Assembly (NCBI RefSeq): GCF_900232105.1
Contig: NZ_LT934425.1
Coordinates: 90,001-122,000 of the forward strand
Direction: 5' to 3'
Source: Candidatus Kuenenia stuttgartensis
GTDB taxonomy: Bacteria > Planctomycetota > Brocadiia > Brocadiales > Brocadiaceae
Length of the DNA stretch: 32,000 nucleotides
How positions within the stretch are numbered: position 1 is the first letter of the stretch; each line of letters begins with the position of its first letter. The translations under genes and the position numbers were made by a program. Below, piece after piece: positions 1 through 8,380 of this stretch. The notes beneath the pieces are model-generated. The model did not search any database and was not told the DNA's origin. It saw nothing but the letters and a program-made list of their open reading frames with translations.

Positions 1-1
1 T

Positions 2-502
2 ATGCAGACAGTAGTGCTAATATGCGAACATAGCAAAAGAGGGACATTGGGTTTAATATTAAACAAAACATTAGGGAAAAAAGGACAGGAAATATTTGTT
101 TCTTCTGCCAATACCAAGACAAAGGATAAAGAAATATTTTTTGGAGGCCCTGTCGATACAAACAATATGTTCTATCTTCACGGCAACTTTAAAAATGAAA
201 CACATAATTGTGTGAAAATATGTGAAGGGGTTTATTTAGGTTCAAATCAAGGATGTTTCAATGCGTTTATGTCTCGTAAAAATGTATCGGATAATATTTT
301 TCGTCTTTATCTTGGCTGTGCCTGCTGGTCGGGCGGACAGCTTGAATCTGAAATTGAGACGAAGTGCTGGACGGTGGGTACCGCAACTGAAAAAATGGTA
401 TTCTATCCTAGCCCGGATAATATATGGTGGAACATCTTACGTTCAATCAGCAGTATTGACCCTGAATTTCCCTATGATAATGCGGAACCAATACTGAACT
501 AA
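2..502 (+). CDS. algH: YqgE/AlgH family protein (5' truncated by the window edge)
   Basis: Protein TVVLICEHSKRGTLGLILNKTLG...EIFFGGPV matches the AlgH/YqgE signature. The family normally has about 20 residues before this motif, so the true start lies upstream of base 1. Confidence 0.85.
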   Translation: MQTVVLICEHSKRGTLGLILNKTLGKKGQEIFVSSANTKTKDKEIFFGGPVDTNNMFYLHGNFKNETHNCVKICEGVYLGSNQGCFNAFMSRKNVSDNIFRLYLGCACWSGGQLESEIETKCWTVGTATEKMVFYPSPDNIWWNILRSISSIDPEFPYDNAEPILN

Positions 503-654
503 AAAACATTAATATTGAAATTCCTAAACGTTCAATTAGGGCGGATTGGCACGGACAAACTTGTTTGACCGTGCCACCTTGCAACGAATTTTTATTTAAA
601 ATGTATAAATCCTTATTATTCATCTTTTGAAAACCTTATTTGTGTGACGATAAA

Positions 655-1107
655 ATGAAAATTGCCATTGGATCCGACCATGCCGGTTTATGGTTAAAGA
701 AATCATTTATAGCACATTTTGATAAACCGGAGTACCAGTTAATTGATGTAGGCACATACAGTACAGAACCGGTAGATTATCCTGATTATGCAGAAGCGGT
801 TGGCAGAAAATTACTAGATGGGAGCGCCGATAGGGGTATTTTGATTTGCTGTAGTGGTGTTGGAGCTTCTGTTGCGGCAAACAAGATTCCTGGTATTCGT
901 GCCGGGCTTTGCCACGATACCTATTCTGCTCACCAGGGCGTGGAACATGATGATATGAACATACTTGTGCTTGGCGCATGTATAGTAGGATTAAAACTAG
1001 CCATTGAACTCGTCCAGTCATTCTTAGGCGCCACATTTAACGGAGAAGAACGTCACAAGAGAAGAGTAGGGAAAATTGAATCTATTGAAAAACGTTACAA
1101 AGGCTAA
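655..1107 (+). CDS. rpiB: Ribose-5-phosphate isomerase B
   Basis: MKIAIGSDHAGLWLKK...GILICCSGVGASVAANKIPGIRAGLCHD...NDMNILVLGACIVG are RpiB hallmarks. ATG at 655 is preferred over the TTG at 640. Confidence 0.93.
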   Translation: MKIAIGSDHAGLWLKKSFIAHFDKPEYQLIDVGTYSTEPVDYPDYAEAVGRKLLDGSADRGILICCSGVGASVAANKIPGIRAGLCHDTYSAHQGVEHDDMNILVLGACIVGLKLAIELVQSFLGATFNGEERHKRRVGKIESIEKRYKG

Positions 1108-1151
1108 TTACTTAAATTGTATTGTTTATGCTTCTATGAAAGGGGGGGACG

Positions 1152-1631
1152 GTGAATAATAACGTATTTAAACGTGCATGCCGCAATGTATTATTTATAA
1201 TGATGTTGTTTTTATGCTGTGAAACAACCTATGCCAATGAAATTAGCCGCATTAATCTTGATGATTTGGAAAATATTATTTCTGACAATAAAGGGAAGGT
1301 GGTTCTGGTAAATATGTGGGCAACATGGTGTCCATACTGCAGAAAAGAATTGCCAGGATTTAGCAGTTTACAAAAAAAATACAATGGCAAGATAGAAATT
1401 ATTGGGATTGCTTTCGATGAAAACGGTGATCAAACAGTACCGACATTTTTAAGAAAATGGAACGTAACATATACAAATTATCTTGCAGGGGAGGATCTTA
1501 CTTCAGGATTTAGTTTACTGGGATTTCCAACAACAATTATATACGATACAAACGGAAAAGAAGTTAACAAACACATCGGCTATGTATCAGAACAGGATTT
1601 TGAAAAAGAGATTAATGAAATATTGGAATAA
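1152..1631 (+). CDS. TlpA/ResA-like thioredoxin-fold thiol-disulfide oxidoreductase, exported
   Basis: N-terminal hydrophobic signal (VLFIMMLFLCCETTYA) followed by NMWATWCPYCRKELPGF (WCxxC) and a C-terminal LLGFPTTIIYD cis-Pro motif. GTG start. Confidence 0.85.
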   Translation: MNNNVFKRACRNVLFIMMLFLCCETTYANEISRINLDDLENIISDNKGKVVLVNMWATWCPYCRKELPGFSSLQKKYNGKIEIIGIAFDENGDQTVPTFLRKWNVTYTNYLAGEDLTSGFSLLGFPTTIIYDTNGKEVNKHIGYVSEQDFEKEINEILE

Positions 1632-2136
1632 ATCTGATCTGCAGAGATTTTAAATATGAAATTGCTGGAGACGATGTAAAAGGGTTCTTCGCATATAATG
1701 GGATTGATATTGTTGGCGTTGTAAATGCCCAAGGGGCTGTTCCTTGTACAATTAGTTAACCAAAAATCGGGAATGCTCCTGTTGTTCAAACTATGTCCCC
1801 CGCTGGCGGGGGTGCAGGGGGTGGACTGTATTTCTCCATCGATTCAACTACCCCTTTTATTATGAAAATAAATTTGACCCTCTTTCCCACGCCCAGCAGA
1901 CTGGTCAGATGGACAATTTTATCCTGTTTCGTGACATGCATTCCCGCAGAACGTAGGAATGAGAAGAAAAATTTATGGCTATTCATATTATAAACCTCCC
2001 GAATTTCCTTCGCAGACAATTCCACCCCCTTAATCCCCCGCCAGCGGGGGACAGGCTTGCAGCATTGTTTTGCCCCAATCACACAAACGGTTACAAAAAA
2101 TCGGGAATGCTCCTGTTGTTTGGGAATGCATTTGTT

Positions 2137-2760
2137 CGAGAAACTCCGGTTTCTCGCATGTTTGCGGATAGATAGGGAATAAAATCACAGGGTTAAAACA
2201 GTTTGTAATTTGTCAAGTCAGACCCTCACTGGAAACAAAGTTTCCAGTGCAATTGCGTTCTGATCTCCGATAGTTTAATAAATTACGCTGAATAGTTACA
2301 AGATCATTGCATGTCTTTCTTGCCTGGGTATTGTTGATTTCTGTATGCCGCGGCACAGACGATCGTTTGTTTTGAATTGGATTCCACCACCACTAATGAT
2401 GACTACCTTCTTGATAAATTCACATCCTTGCGGCCGTAAATGCTTCAGCAGATCATTGCGCTTCATACAACAATTTTTTCTTCCACATATCACTTCCTAC
2501 GGGAGCATTCCTGATTTTTGGAAAACAAAAATGCTCGTTCCCAAACTCCGGTTTGGGAACGTAATTGCGTTGGAAGCTCTAGCTTCCATTTAGCCGGCAA
2601 GCGAAGCTTCGTGTATTATTCGATTCAAAAGAGGTTTCCAAATATCTTGGGTAACATACTGAAAAGCCTCCAAGCTGACATCATGGGTTCATTCCCTTTT
2701 CCATTCGAAGCTGGAGCTTCTCAAACAATCCCGTTCCCAAGCCGGAGCTTTGGGAGCGAG
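2137..2760. repeat. Cluster of REP-like short imperfect palindromes
   Basis: CGAGAAACTCCGGTTTCTCG (2137-2156), CACTGGAAACAAAGTTTCCAGTG (2227-2249), GTTCCCAAACTCCGGTTTGGGAAC (2537-2560), GAAGCTGGAGCTTC (about 2707-2720), CCCAAGCCGGAGCTTTGGG (about 2736-2754). Two units share the ACTCCGGTTT core. Confidence 0.6.
2235..2466 (-). pseudogene. hicA: Decayed HicA-family mRNA interferase
   Basis: Minus-strand reading from 2466: MKRNDLLKHLRPQGCEFIK, then a shift to the neighbouring frame gives EGSHH*WWWNPIQNKRSSVPRHTEINNTQARKTCNDL, matching the HicA layout (EGGNHSxWxNP...SSVPRHTEIN..LARKICKDL). One frameshift and one in-frame TAG. Confidence 0.75.
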
Positions 2761-2835
2761 CGGTTTTTTTCACGGGAATGCATCCGTTAAGAATTATTGT
2801 AACACTTTGGTTTTAAAAAAAACGTATTACCGATA

Positions 2836-2966
2836 AGCTCCGTAGGAGCAACCTGTTTGTAGATAGAATACCATAACAGATCGTAGAGACAGGTTTGAAA
2901 CCTGTCTCTATAATCAGGAGCGGCCTGTCTTCCTGTCAATCATATACAGGCCGCTCCTACGGAGCT
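2836..2966. repeat. Compound inverted-repeat element (MITE/REP-like)
   Basis: Outer arms AGCTCCGTAGGAGC (2836-2849) and GCTCCTACGGAGCT (2953-2966); internal arms AGGAGCGGCCTGT / ACAGGCCGCTCCT; central palindrome GAGACAGGTTTGAAACCTGTCTC (about 2886-2908). Confidence 0.55.
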
Positions 2967-3203
2967 ATTTACCTGTTGAATTTTATTGCGCTACAAACAG
3001 ACCGCACCCAAAGGGGCTACATTGTTTTTTATATCCCCTTGAATTTTTCAAATAACTAAGGTGTTGAGAATTATTTTATTAAAAACAACCCCCCCTTTTT
3101 CCCCCTTTATTAAGGGATACTTTTCTGGCAGGTTGCTTAACTTAATGACATTGGTTTGCAAACCTGAACCTGCCGGGAGTCGTGTGATGTTTATGCTGAA
3201 TAG

Positions 3204-3690
3204 TTACTCAAAATGGGAAAGAACTGACGTTGTAAGCAACCACTTTGGTGGTTTTTTGCCATAGGCACACACGGGATAACTACTCCACGGATAATCTGCC
3301 AACCGCCTGACTATTTTGGCTCGTAAAGGATTCCTGTGTATATAGCGGGAAAGACACATCTGGTATTCATCCTTTTCAACAAGAAAGGTTTTGAATCGTC
3401 CCTGGAAAAGGTGCCAAATTCGCTTGTGTTTTAAATTATACCGGTGCGTGTACGTAGTTCCAAACCATTGCATACATTGAAAAATATTGGGTTTATTGGT
3501 TTTGAGGAGTAAATGATAATGGTTATCCATGAGAACATAGGCATATACTTCAACCTCAAACCGTTCCTATATGTTTCCCAAAATATCGAGAAACGAAATA
3601 CGATCGTCATTGTCATGGAAAATATTCCTTCGCTCATTTCCCCGTGATAAGATGTGATAGTAAGTCCCCTTCAAATTCTATGCGCCATGG
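3204..3690 (-). pseudogene. Decayed REP-associated tyrosine transposase (RAYT / Y1 transposase, IS200-like)
   Basis: MDNHYHLLLKTNKPNIFQCMQWFGTTYTHRYNLKHKRIWHLFQGRFK...YIHRNPLRAKIV is the Y1 transposase HUH-containing signature. Upstream in the same frame: YYHILSRGNERRNIFHDNDDRISFLDILGNI*ERFEVEVYAYVL, with an in-frame TAG and frameshifts around EFEG. Confidence 0.82.
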
Positions 3691-3784
3691 CCTTGTCATG
3701 GCAGCCAAGATATAAAAATTGCCTTTTATTATCAACAAATTAATCACCAATCAAGGTGTGACCCTCGCCCTTTTAATTGAAGCG

Positions 3785-4428
3785 TCTCAATCCCTTCTAC
3801 ATCAGGTCAATGATTTCCACCGACAAAATCAAGTACATAAGGAGCTGCTCTTTGGAGTCTCAATCCCTTCTACATCAGGTCAATGATTTCCACGCAATTG
3901 TGTCGGCGATGAGCTATTCCCGGTAACAATGACCGTCTCAATCCCTTCTACATCAGGTCAATGATTTCCACAAAATGGGTATGCTCCTCATCAAGCATTC
4001 TCAATCAAGGTTGTCTCAATCCCTTCTACATCAGGTCAATGATTTCCACGTGGAATGACGCGTGGCTTAGTAACAAGGACTGCGACGTCTCAATCCCTTC
4101 TACATCAGGTCAATGATTTCCACGGCAAACTGGAGGTGCTGGTCGGAGGGCAAAAGACACTGTCTCAATCCCTTCTACATCAGGTCAATGATTTCCACCG
4201 TTTAGTTGTATCGTGCGCGCGCACGGATACTTTTTTGTCTCAATCCCTTCTACATCAGGTCAATGATTTCCACGTATTAATATGTTAGACGGCGTTAACG
4301 AGGTATTTACCGTCTCAATCCCTTCTACATCAGGTCAATGATTTCCACAAAAGCACCTGCGATAGTAGCTAAAGCACCCGGCAACATAGCGTCTCAATCC
4401 CTTCTACATCAGGTCAATGATTTCCACA
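3785..4428 (-). CRISPR. CRISPR array 1: 9 repeats, 8 spacers
   Basis: 37-nt repeat GTCTCAATCCCTTCTACATCAGGTCAATGATTTCCAC starting at 3785, 3857, 3935, 4013, 4087, 4162, 4237, 4312, 4392. Spacers 35-43 nt. crRNA strand is minus (GTGGAAATCATTGACCTGATGTAGAAGGGATTGAGAC) because the leader is on the right. Confidence 0.99.
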
Positions 4429-4610
4429 GCGGCATATGTAACTTTAGAATTAACAACTACTTGCAAGGCCATTTCCTGTAACCTCCACAATCTGTAATCA
4501 TTACACATCGAAATTTTCATCCTTTCCATTAAAAAATTGTCTTAACCTCTTAAAACACAATCGATTATGATTTTCCTGTAACCACCCCCTTTTTAGCTAT
4601 GTTTTAAAAA
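4429..4610 (-). promoter_or_regulatory. CRISPR leader of array 1
   Basis: Sequence after the last repeat (GGCATATGTAACTTTAGAATTAACAACTACTTGCAAGGCCATTTCCTGTAACC...) is almost identical to the flank of array 2 at 19915-20110 for about 180 bp. Confidence 0.85.
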
Positions 4611-4632
4611 TCCGCTAAATGCTTATCACACT

Positions 4633-4908
4633 TTAAATTACGTATATATTTTCAATCTTTGAGACCTTTCCCTTTCCCATTACTTCTATCCTTTTTTCAC
4701 ACCCGGCACAAATAGAATAAATACGGATACTGTCGTCTTCTGCGATTATAATCTCCTGTATTCTTTTTATCATTTTGCCTAAAAGCTTCTCATCCAAAAT
4801 ACATTCAAATACACTATACTGCACCCGGTCGCCAAAGTCTTCCAGGATTTTTGCGAGCTTTGTCCTTCTTCTTGTTTCCGGAATATCATAGGAAACCAAA
4901 TAAAACAT
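4633..4908 (-). CDS. cas2: CRISPR-associated endonuclease Cas2
   Basis: MFYLVSYDIPETRRRTKLAKILEDFGDRVQYSVFECILDEKLLGKM...DDSIRIYSICAGCEKRIEVMG is typical Cas2. Confidence 0.98.
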   Translation of the reverse strand: MFYLVSYDIPETRRRTKLAKILEDFGDRVQYSVFECILDEKLLGKMIKRIQEIIIAEDDSIRIYSICAGCEKRIEVMGKGKVSKIENIYVI

Positions 4909-4911
4909 TGG

Positions 4912-5913
4912 TTATATCTCCATTACAAATGAAGTATAAGGAATATTATTTTGTATATGAGACGCTAAATTCTCCGCTTGTATGCGAAAACATTTTCTGA
5001 AGGTGGTGTTTTCTTTTTGTTGCGGATGAAGAAATTCCCTGTTTATCATTGTTTCATATTCCACAAAATACCGTTTCAATGGCTCTCGTTTCAAATACAC
5101 CCCTCCCGTACTCGGATTAGCATAGAAATCTTCCTCGCAAAATATCCGGTTATTGATAAGATTCAGGGTGATACGATCTGCAATGGGGGCACGAAACTCC
5201 TCCATCAAGTCAGACGCAAGGGAAGATCTGCCATAATCAATTCCATGATAATATCCAAGATAAGGATCAAAGCCCAGCCCGTCAAGGAGCGAGGATATTT
5301 CATTAAAAATCATCGTATAATTTAATGAAAGCAATGCATTCACGGGATCAGTTGACGGGTACTTTTTCCGTCCTGGAAAAGCAAATGCAGAAAGGATCAT
5401 TTTCCCAAAAGACGTAAAATATACCCTGGCGGCATTTCCCTCTATACCAAAAAGCTGGCTGATGTTCGCCGCTGATTCCACTTCATTTAATCGCAGGGAA
5501 AGGTCGTCCATTTCTACATCAAAGCTATTGCGGGGGTGATTATACGAAAACGACCGTACCAGTTGTATACAATTTTGTATCTTCCCGCAAACAATTACTT
5601 TTGCAAAAGCCAGCCGAAAGTCGTCATTCCAATATTGTTTAAACTGTTGAACACGAAGGGTAATATTTTTGGTGTAAGGGGAGGTTATCTGTCCAATGAG
5701 TTTCCCTGTTCTCGTGAGAATAGCCATTTCTATTCCATGCTCAAAGAGTTCGTGTACCGCTTGTGTGGTAAACTGTACATTTCCAAATATGAGAACGGCG
5801 TCTATTTTATGGCATTGCACTTCAAGAAGCACTTTGTCATCCTTTTCAATAATTAACCGGTCACCGCTTTTCCGTAAAATGGAATTCTGTTCAGTCAGGT
5901 AGAGGTTTGCCAT
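4912..5913 (-). CDS. cas1: CRISPR-associated endonuclease Cas1
   Basis: MANLYLTEQNSILRKSGDRLIIEK... with VNALLSLNYTMIFNEISSLLDGLGFDPYLGYYHGIDYGRSSLASDLMEEFRAPIADR core. Confidence 0.98.
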   Translation of the reverse strand: MANLYLTEQNSILRKSGDRLIIEKDDKVLLEVQCHKIDAVLIFGNVQFTTQAVHELFEHGIEMAILTRTGKLIGQITSPYTKNITLRVQQFKQYWNDDFRLAFAKVIVCGKIQNCIQLVRSFSYNHPRNSFDVEMDDLSLRLNEVESAANISQLFGIEGNAARVYFTSFGKMILSAFAFPGRKKYPSTDPVNALLSLNYTMIFNEISSLLDGLGFDPYLGYYHGIDYGRSSLASDLMEEFRAPIADRITLNLINNRIFCEEDFYANPSTGGVYLKREPLKRYFVEYETMINREFLHPQQKENTTFRKCFRIQAENLASHIQNNIPYTSFVMEI

Positions 5914-6845
5914 ATTTTCCCTTGCTTTCTTTGCTTAAAATAAACTTCAAGGTCTAATGGTTTTGGAAAGAACAACACCTTCCGTTCCTTCTTTGGCCGG
6001 TCGAAAGGCACCATGATCATACTCTTTACAAAAATAACTCCCAGGAATTTAAAACCCTGGTCAAAGTTAATCACCTGTTCTTCATCCAGTTCTAAAAGAA
6101 GTTTTTCCAATATTTTCTTTGTTAATTTGAGTGATTCTTTTGCCATTCCGGAATTTTTGCAAAGGATGATGAAATCATCTGAAAATCGCACAAGCTTATA
6201 TCCGTTACGAGTAAGTTCTTCATCGAATTCATCAAGATACAGATTTGCAAGAATCGGGGAGATGGGTGAACCTTGCGGAATCCCTTTTTTTAATGTGGTT
6301 ACCGTTTTTCCATCCCATACTTCACCTTTTAGCCAGAGCCCTACCAGGTTTTGAATACATGGATCGTGAATATAACATTTGAATTTTAACAGGAGCAATG
6401 AATAATCCACACTATCGAAAAACGCATCGATATCTGCATCCACAACCCACTGATAACCCTGTTCATAATACTCCCTGACTTTATAAACCGCCTGTTTTAC
6501 GGAACGGCCTTTCCGGTAGGCAAAGCTGCACTCTTCAAATTCTTTCTCAAGAACAGGTTCAATGAGTTGCAATACGGCTGCCTGTACTATCCGGTCTCTC
6601 ACTGAAGGGATGCACAATGCCCTGGCCTCTCCGTTTCCCTTATCAACCAGGATTCTTAAAAGAGGGAGAGGAAAGTACGTTTGTTCCGTAAGCTCCTTGC
6701 GCATAATTCTTAGATTCAGATCAAGGTTTCCCTCATAACGTTCGATAGTAACACCATCCGCGCCTGCACAACCGTGATTTTCCTTAACGGCATCAAAGGC
6801 GGAATATAACGCTGAGAGATTTAATGCAAATTCCTTCATACTCAA
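5895..6845 (-). CDS. Stand-alone CRISPR-associated reverse transcriptase
   Basis: GADGVTIERYE, RALCIPSVRDRIVQAAVLQLIEPVLEKEFEECSFAYRKGRSVKQAV, DADIDAFFDSVDY, KGIPQGSPISPILANLYLDEFD, LVRFSDDFIILC (Y/F-x-DD box), FKFLGVIF. Last 19 nt overlap the cas1 start in another frame. Confidence 0.95.
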   Translation of the reverse strand: MSMKEFALNLSALYSAFDAVKENHGCAGADGVTIERYEGNLDLNLRIMRKELTEQTYFPLPLLRILVDKGNGEARALCIPSVRDRIVQAAVLQLIEPVLEKEFEECSFAYRKGRSVKQAVYKVREYYEQGYQWVVDADIDAFFDSVDYSLLLLKFKCYIHDPCIQNLVGLWLKGEVWDGKTVTTLKKGIPQGSPISPILANLYLDEFDEELTRNGYKLVRFSDDFIILCKNSGMAKESLKLTKKILEKLLLELDEEQVINFDQGFKFLGVIFVKSMIMVPFDRPKKERKVLFFPKPLDLEVYFKQRKQGKIWQTST

Positions 6846-7081
6846 AATGGGTCATGGTCAAATATGACAACATCACCGGTAACAGGTGATCGATATATCA
6901 ATTTCTTCGCTTTTCCGTGCAAAGCATGTGCAACCGCCAGGTAAAGCCAGACAGGGGCACTACCGGTCAAAATAACTTCGTCTCCTTCGCCGGCGAGATT
7001 CATACATTTGCCTAAATATTCATCTAAATTTGAAAGTTTAGCAACATTATCAAAAACCGTTGAGAGATCAATAATAATCAC
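6842..7081 (-). CDS. csx3: Csx3 (Crn3 ring-nuclease) family protein
   Basis: GDEVILTGSAPVWLYLAVAHALHGKAKKLIYRSPVTGDVVIFDHDP resembles the Csx3 signature (xxISGRGPIWLYxALAHxYH...xVxVYDPRLGxxVVVxSH). Operonic overlap with neighbours. Confidence 0.75.
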   Translation of the reverse strand: MIIIDLSTVFDNVAKLSNLDEYLGKCMNLAGEGDEVILTGSAPVWLYLAVAHALHGKAKKLIYRSPVTGDVVIFDHDPF

Positions 7082-7974
7082 GAATCCAGCTCCCCACTAT
7101 CAGCAGAAGAAAGGAGAACATCATAACTCACCACATGCCATGGTAAATTTGTTTGAACATATTGCAATTTGATTTTCAAATTAAAGGTCATTGAAGCGCC
7201 TATAACACTTGTTGGTTTTTGACCTCCCGTAATATCGATCATAATTTCTTCTTCTTTATATTTATTTTTCTTAAATTCACTGAGCAAAAACCATAGTGCG
7301 TGTGAGAGCCTGTCAAATTCTTCAAAATCAAAACCTTGATAACCATTTATTGTTACATCAGGAGAAAGTTGCAATAGTTTGTTTGTGTCCCCTTTTCGTG
7401 CTAATAGATAAAAACGAATCTGTCTAAAAGAATTATATTTTTCGCAAAGATGAAGAAACATATATACTTGATTGATAGATTCCGGTGAACAAATAAGAGT
7501 AACGGTTTCCAGAATACCCATATGATGCCGTATTGCCCTGAGCGGCATTTCCCATTTCCACAAAATTGGGTGTTGTGGTTCTTGTTTTAATAGTTCAATG
7601 GTTTCTATATCTTTATCTATTTCATAAATAAGGTGTAAACCCTTCGGAATTCCGTTTGTTTCCTCAAGTTTCTTCGGAAGATTTGAAAGGAAAAGAACAA
7701 GGTGTTTCCTTTTTTCAGGATTTTCATCATATGAAAAATATCGGGTACGAGGCCTGAAGAAAACATTTCTCTTTCTATACAATAGATAGGCCATAGAGAA
7801 AAAGAAAACAACAGAGACAATTTTTAACAATCGATGCAACATTATATTTTCTTTCGTCAGATATTCAAAAAAATCCCAAAAAACTTCGGTCGCCCATCCC
7901 GCGCTTAATAATACACATAGAGTAATAATAAACGGCGATAATTCTTTTATTCTTGTTTGTATCTTTCCTCTCAT
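7078..7974 (-). CDS. Membrane-anchored CARF-like protein, putative type III ancillary effector
   Basis: Two N-terminal hydrophobic helices (FIITLCVLLSAGWATEVFWDFF; LLKIVSVVFFFSMAYLLY), then a soluble domain ending with EEEIMIDITGGQKPTSVIGASMTFNLKIKLQYV, a CARF-type D-x-TGG-x-K motif. Overlaps csx3 by 4 nt. Confidence 0.7.
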   Translation of the reverse strand: MRGKIQTRIKELSPFIITLCVLLSAGWATEVFWDFFEYLTKENIMLHRLLKIVSVVFFFSMAYLLYRKRNVFFRPRTRYFSYDENPEKRKHLVLFLSNLPKKLEETNGIPKGLHLIYEIDKDIETIELLKQEPQHPILWKWEMPLRAIRHHMGILETVTLICSPESINQVYMFLHLCEKYNSFRQIRFYLLARKGDTNKLLQLSPDVTINGYQGFDFEEFDRLSHALWFLLSEFKKNKYKEEEIMIDITGGQKPTSVIGASMTFNLKIKLQYVQTNLPWHVVSYDVLLSSADSGELDS

Positions 7975-7994
7975 TAGATTCGATTATCTCCATT

Positions 7995-8197
7995 ATTTGA
8001 ATAAATACGGAAGGTAATGTTTCGTGCTCCTTCTGTTAAACCCTTGGCGGTGTTAGCGCTTATTGAACCAACCGATCTTAAGAGTTAATCAATTAAATTA
8101 TATGCACCTCTACCACGGGGAAATTTCTCAACATCAATCAGTGCCAATAAATATAAATTGTGTGCCTCCTGCCATACTTTCAATTCGGTAAAATGAT
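7995..8197 (-). pseudogene. Decayed four-helix-bundle (S23/IVP-like) protein, relic 1
   Basis: Minus-strand reading: HHFTELKVWQEAHNLYLLALIDVEKFPRGRGAYNLID*LLRSVGSISANTAKG, then frameshift to GFNRRSTKHYLPYLFK*. Matches the ELKVWQxAhxL...SISANIAEG.xRRS family layout. Confidence 0.75.
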
Positions 8198-8380
8198 GCA
8201 GTATGTTTTTATGCGTATTTTTGTTCATCTGTCATCTGGCCACTCGCCTCTGGTAACTGTGTTCTGTCCCTACGACAACAGGCCAAACAAATGCAATGTT
8301 CAATTGTGAATGAAGAATTATCAATTCGTATCTTTCTGTATCCTTCGATTCATCATTGTTCATTCTCCATTCCTAATTAA

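Noticed and set aside
640-654. TTG start for rpiB giving an MCDDK extension
   Set aside because: The conserved RpiB N-terminus begins at MKIAIGSDHAG, so ATG 655 is more credible.
1640-1760. Short open frame IGINLICRDFKYEIAGDDVKGFFAYNGIDIVGVVNAQGAVPCTIS after the tlpA-like gene
   Set aside because: It could be a gene remnant, but no family was recognised and no start signal is evident; not enough support for a feature.
4055-4288. 77-aa ORF with repeated SQSLLHQVNDFH
   Set aside because: It is a translation of CRISPR repeats in array 1, not a protein gene.
5885-5925. Programmed frameshift producing an RT-Cas1 fusion
   Set aside because: The frames differ by -1, but the local codons (CAA GGG AAA ATA TGG) do not form a canonical slippery heptamer in phase. 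Simple translational coupling is more likely.
5895-6845. RT as part of a group II intron, retron or diversity-generating element
   Set aside because: The RT overlaps cas1 directly and belongs to a cas operon. No intron domain V-like hairpin, msr/msd-like inverted repeats or template/variable repeat pair was noticed next to it.
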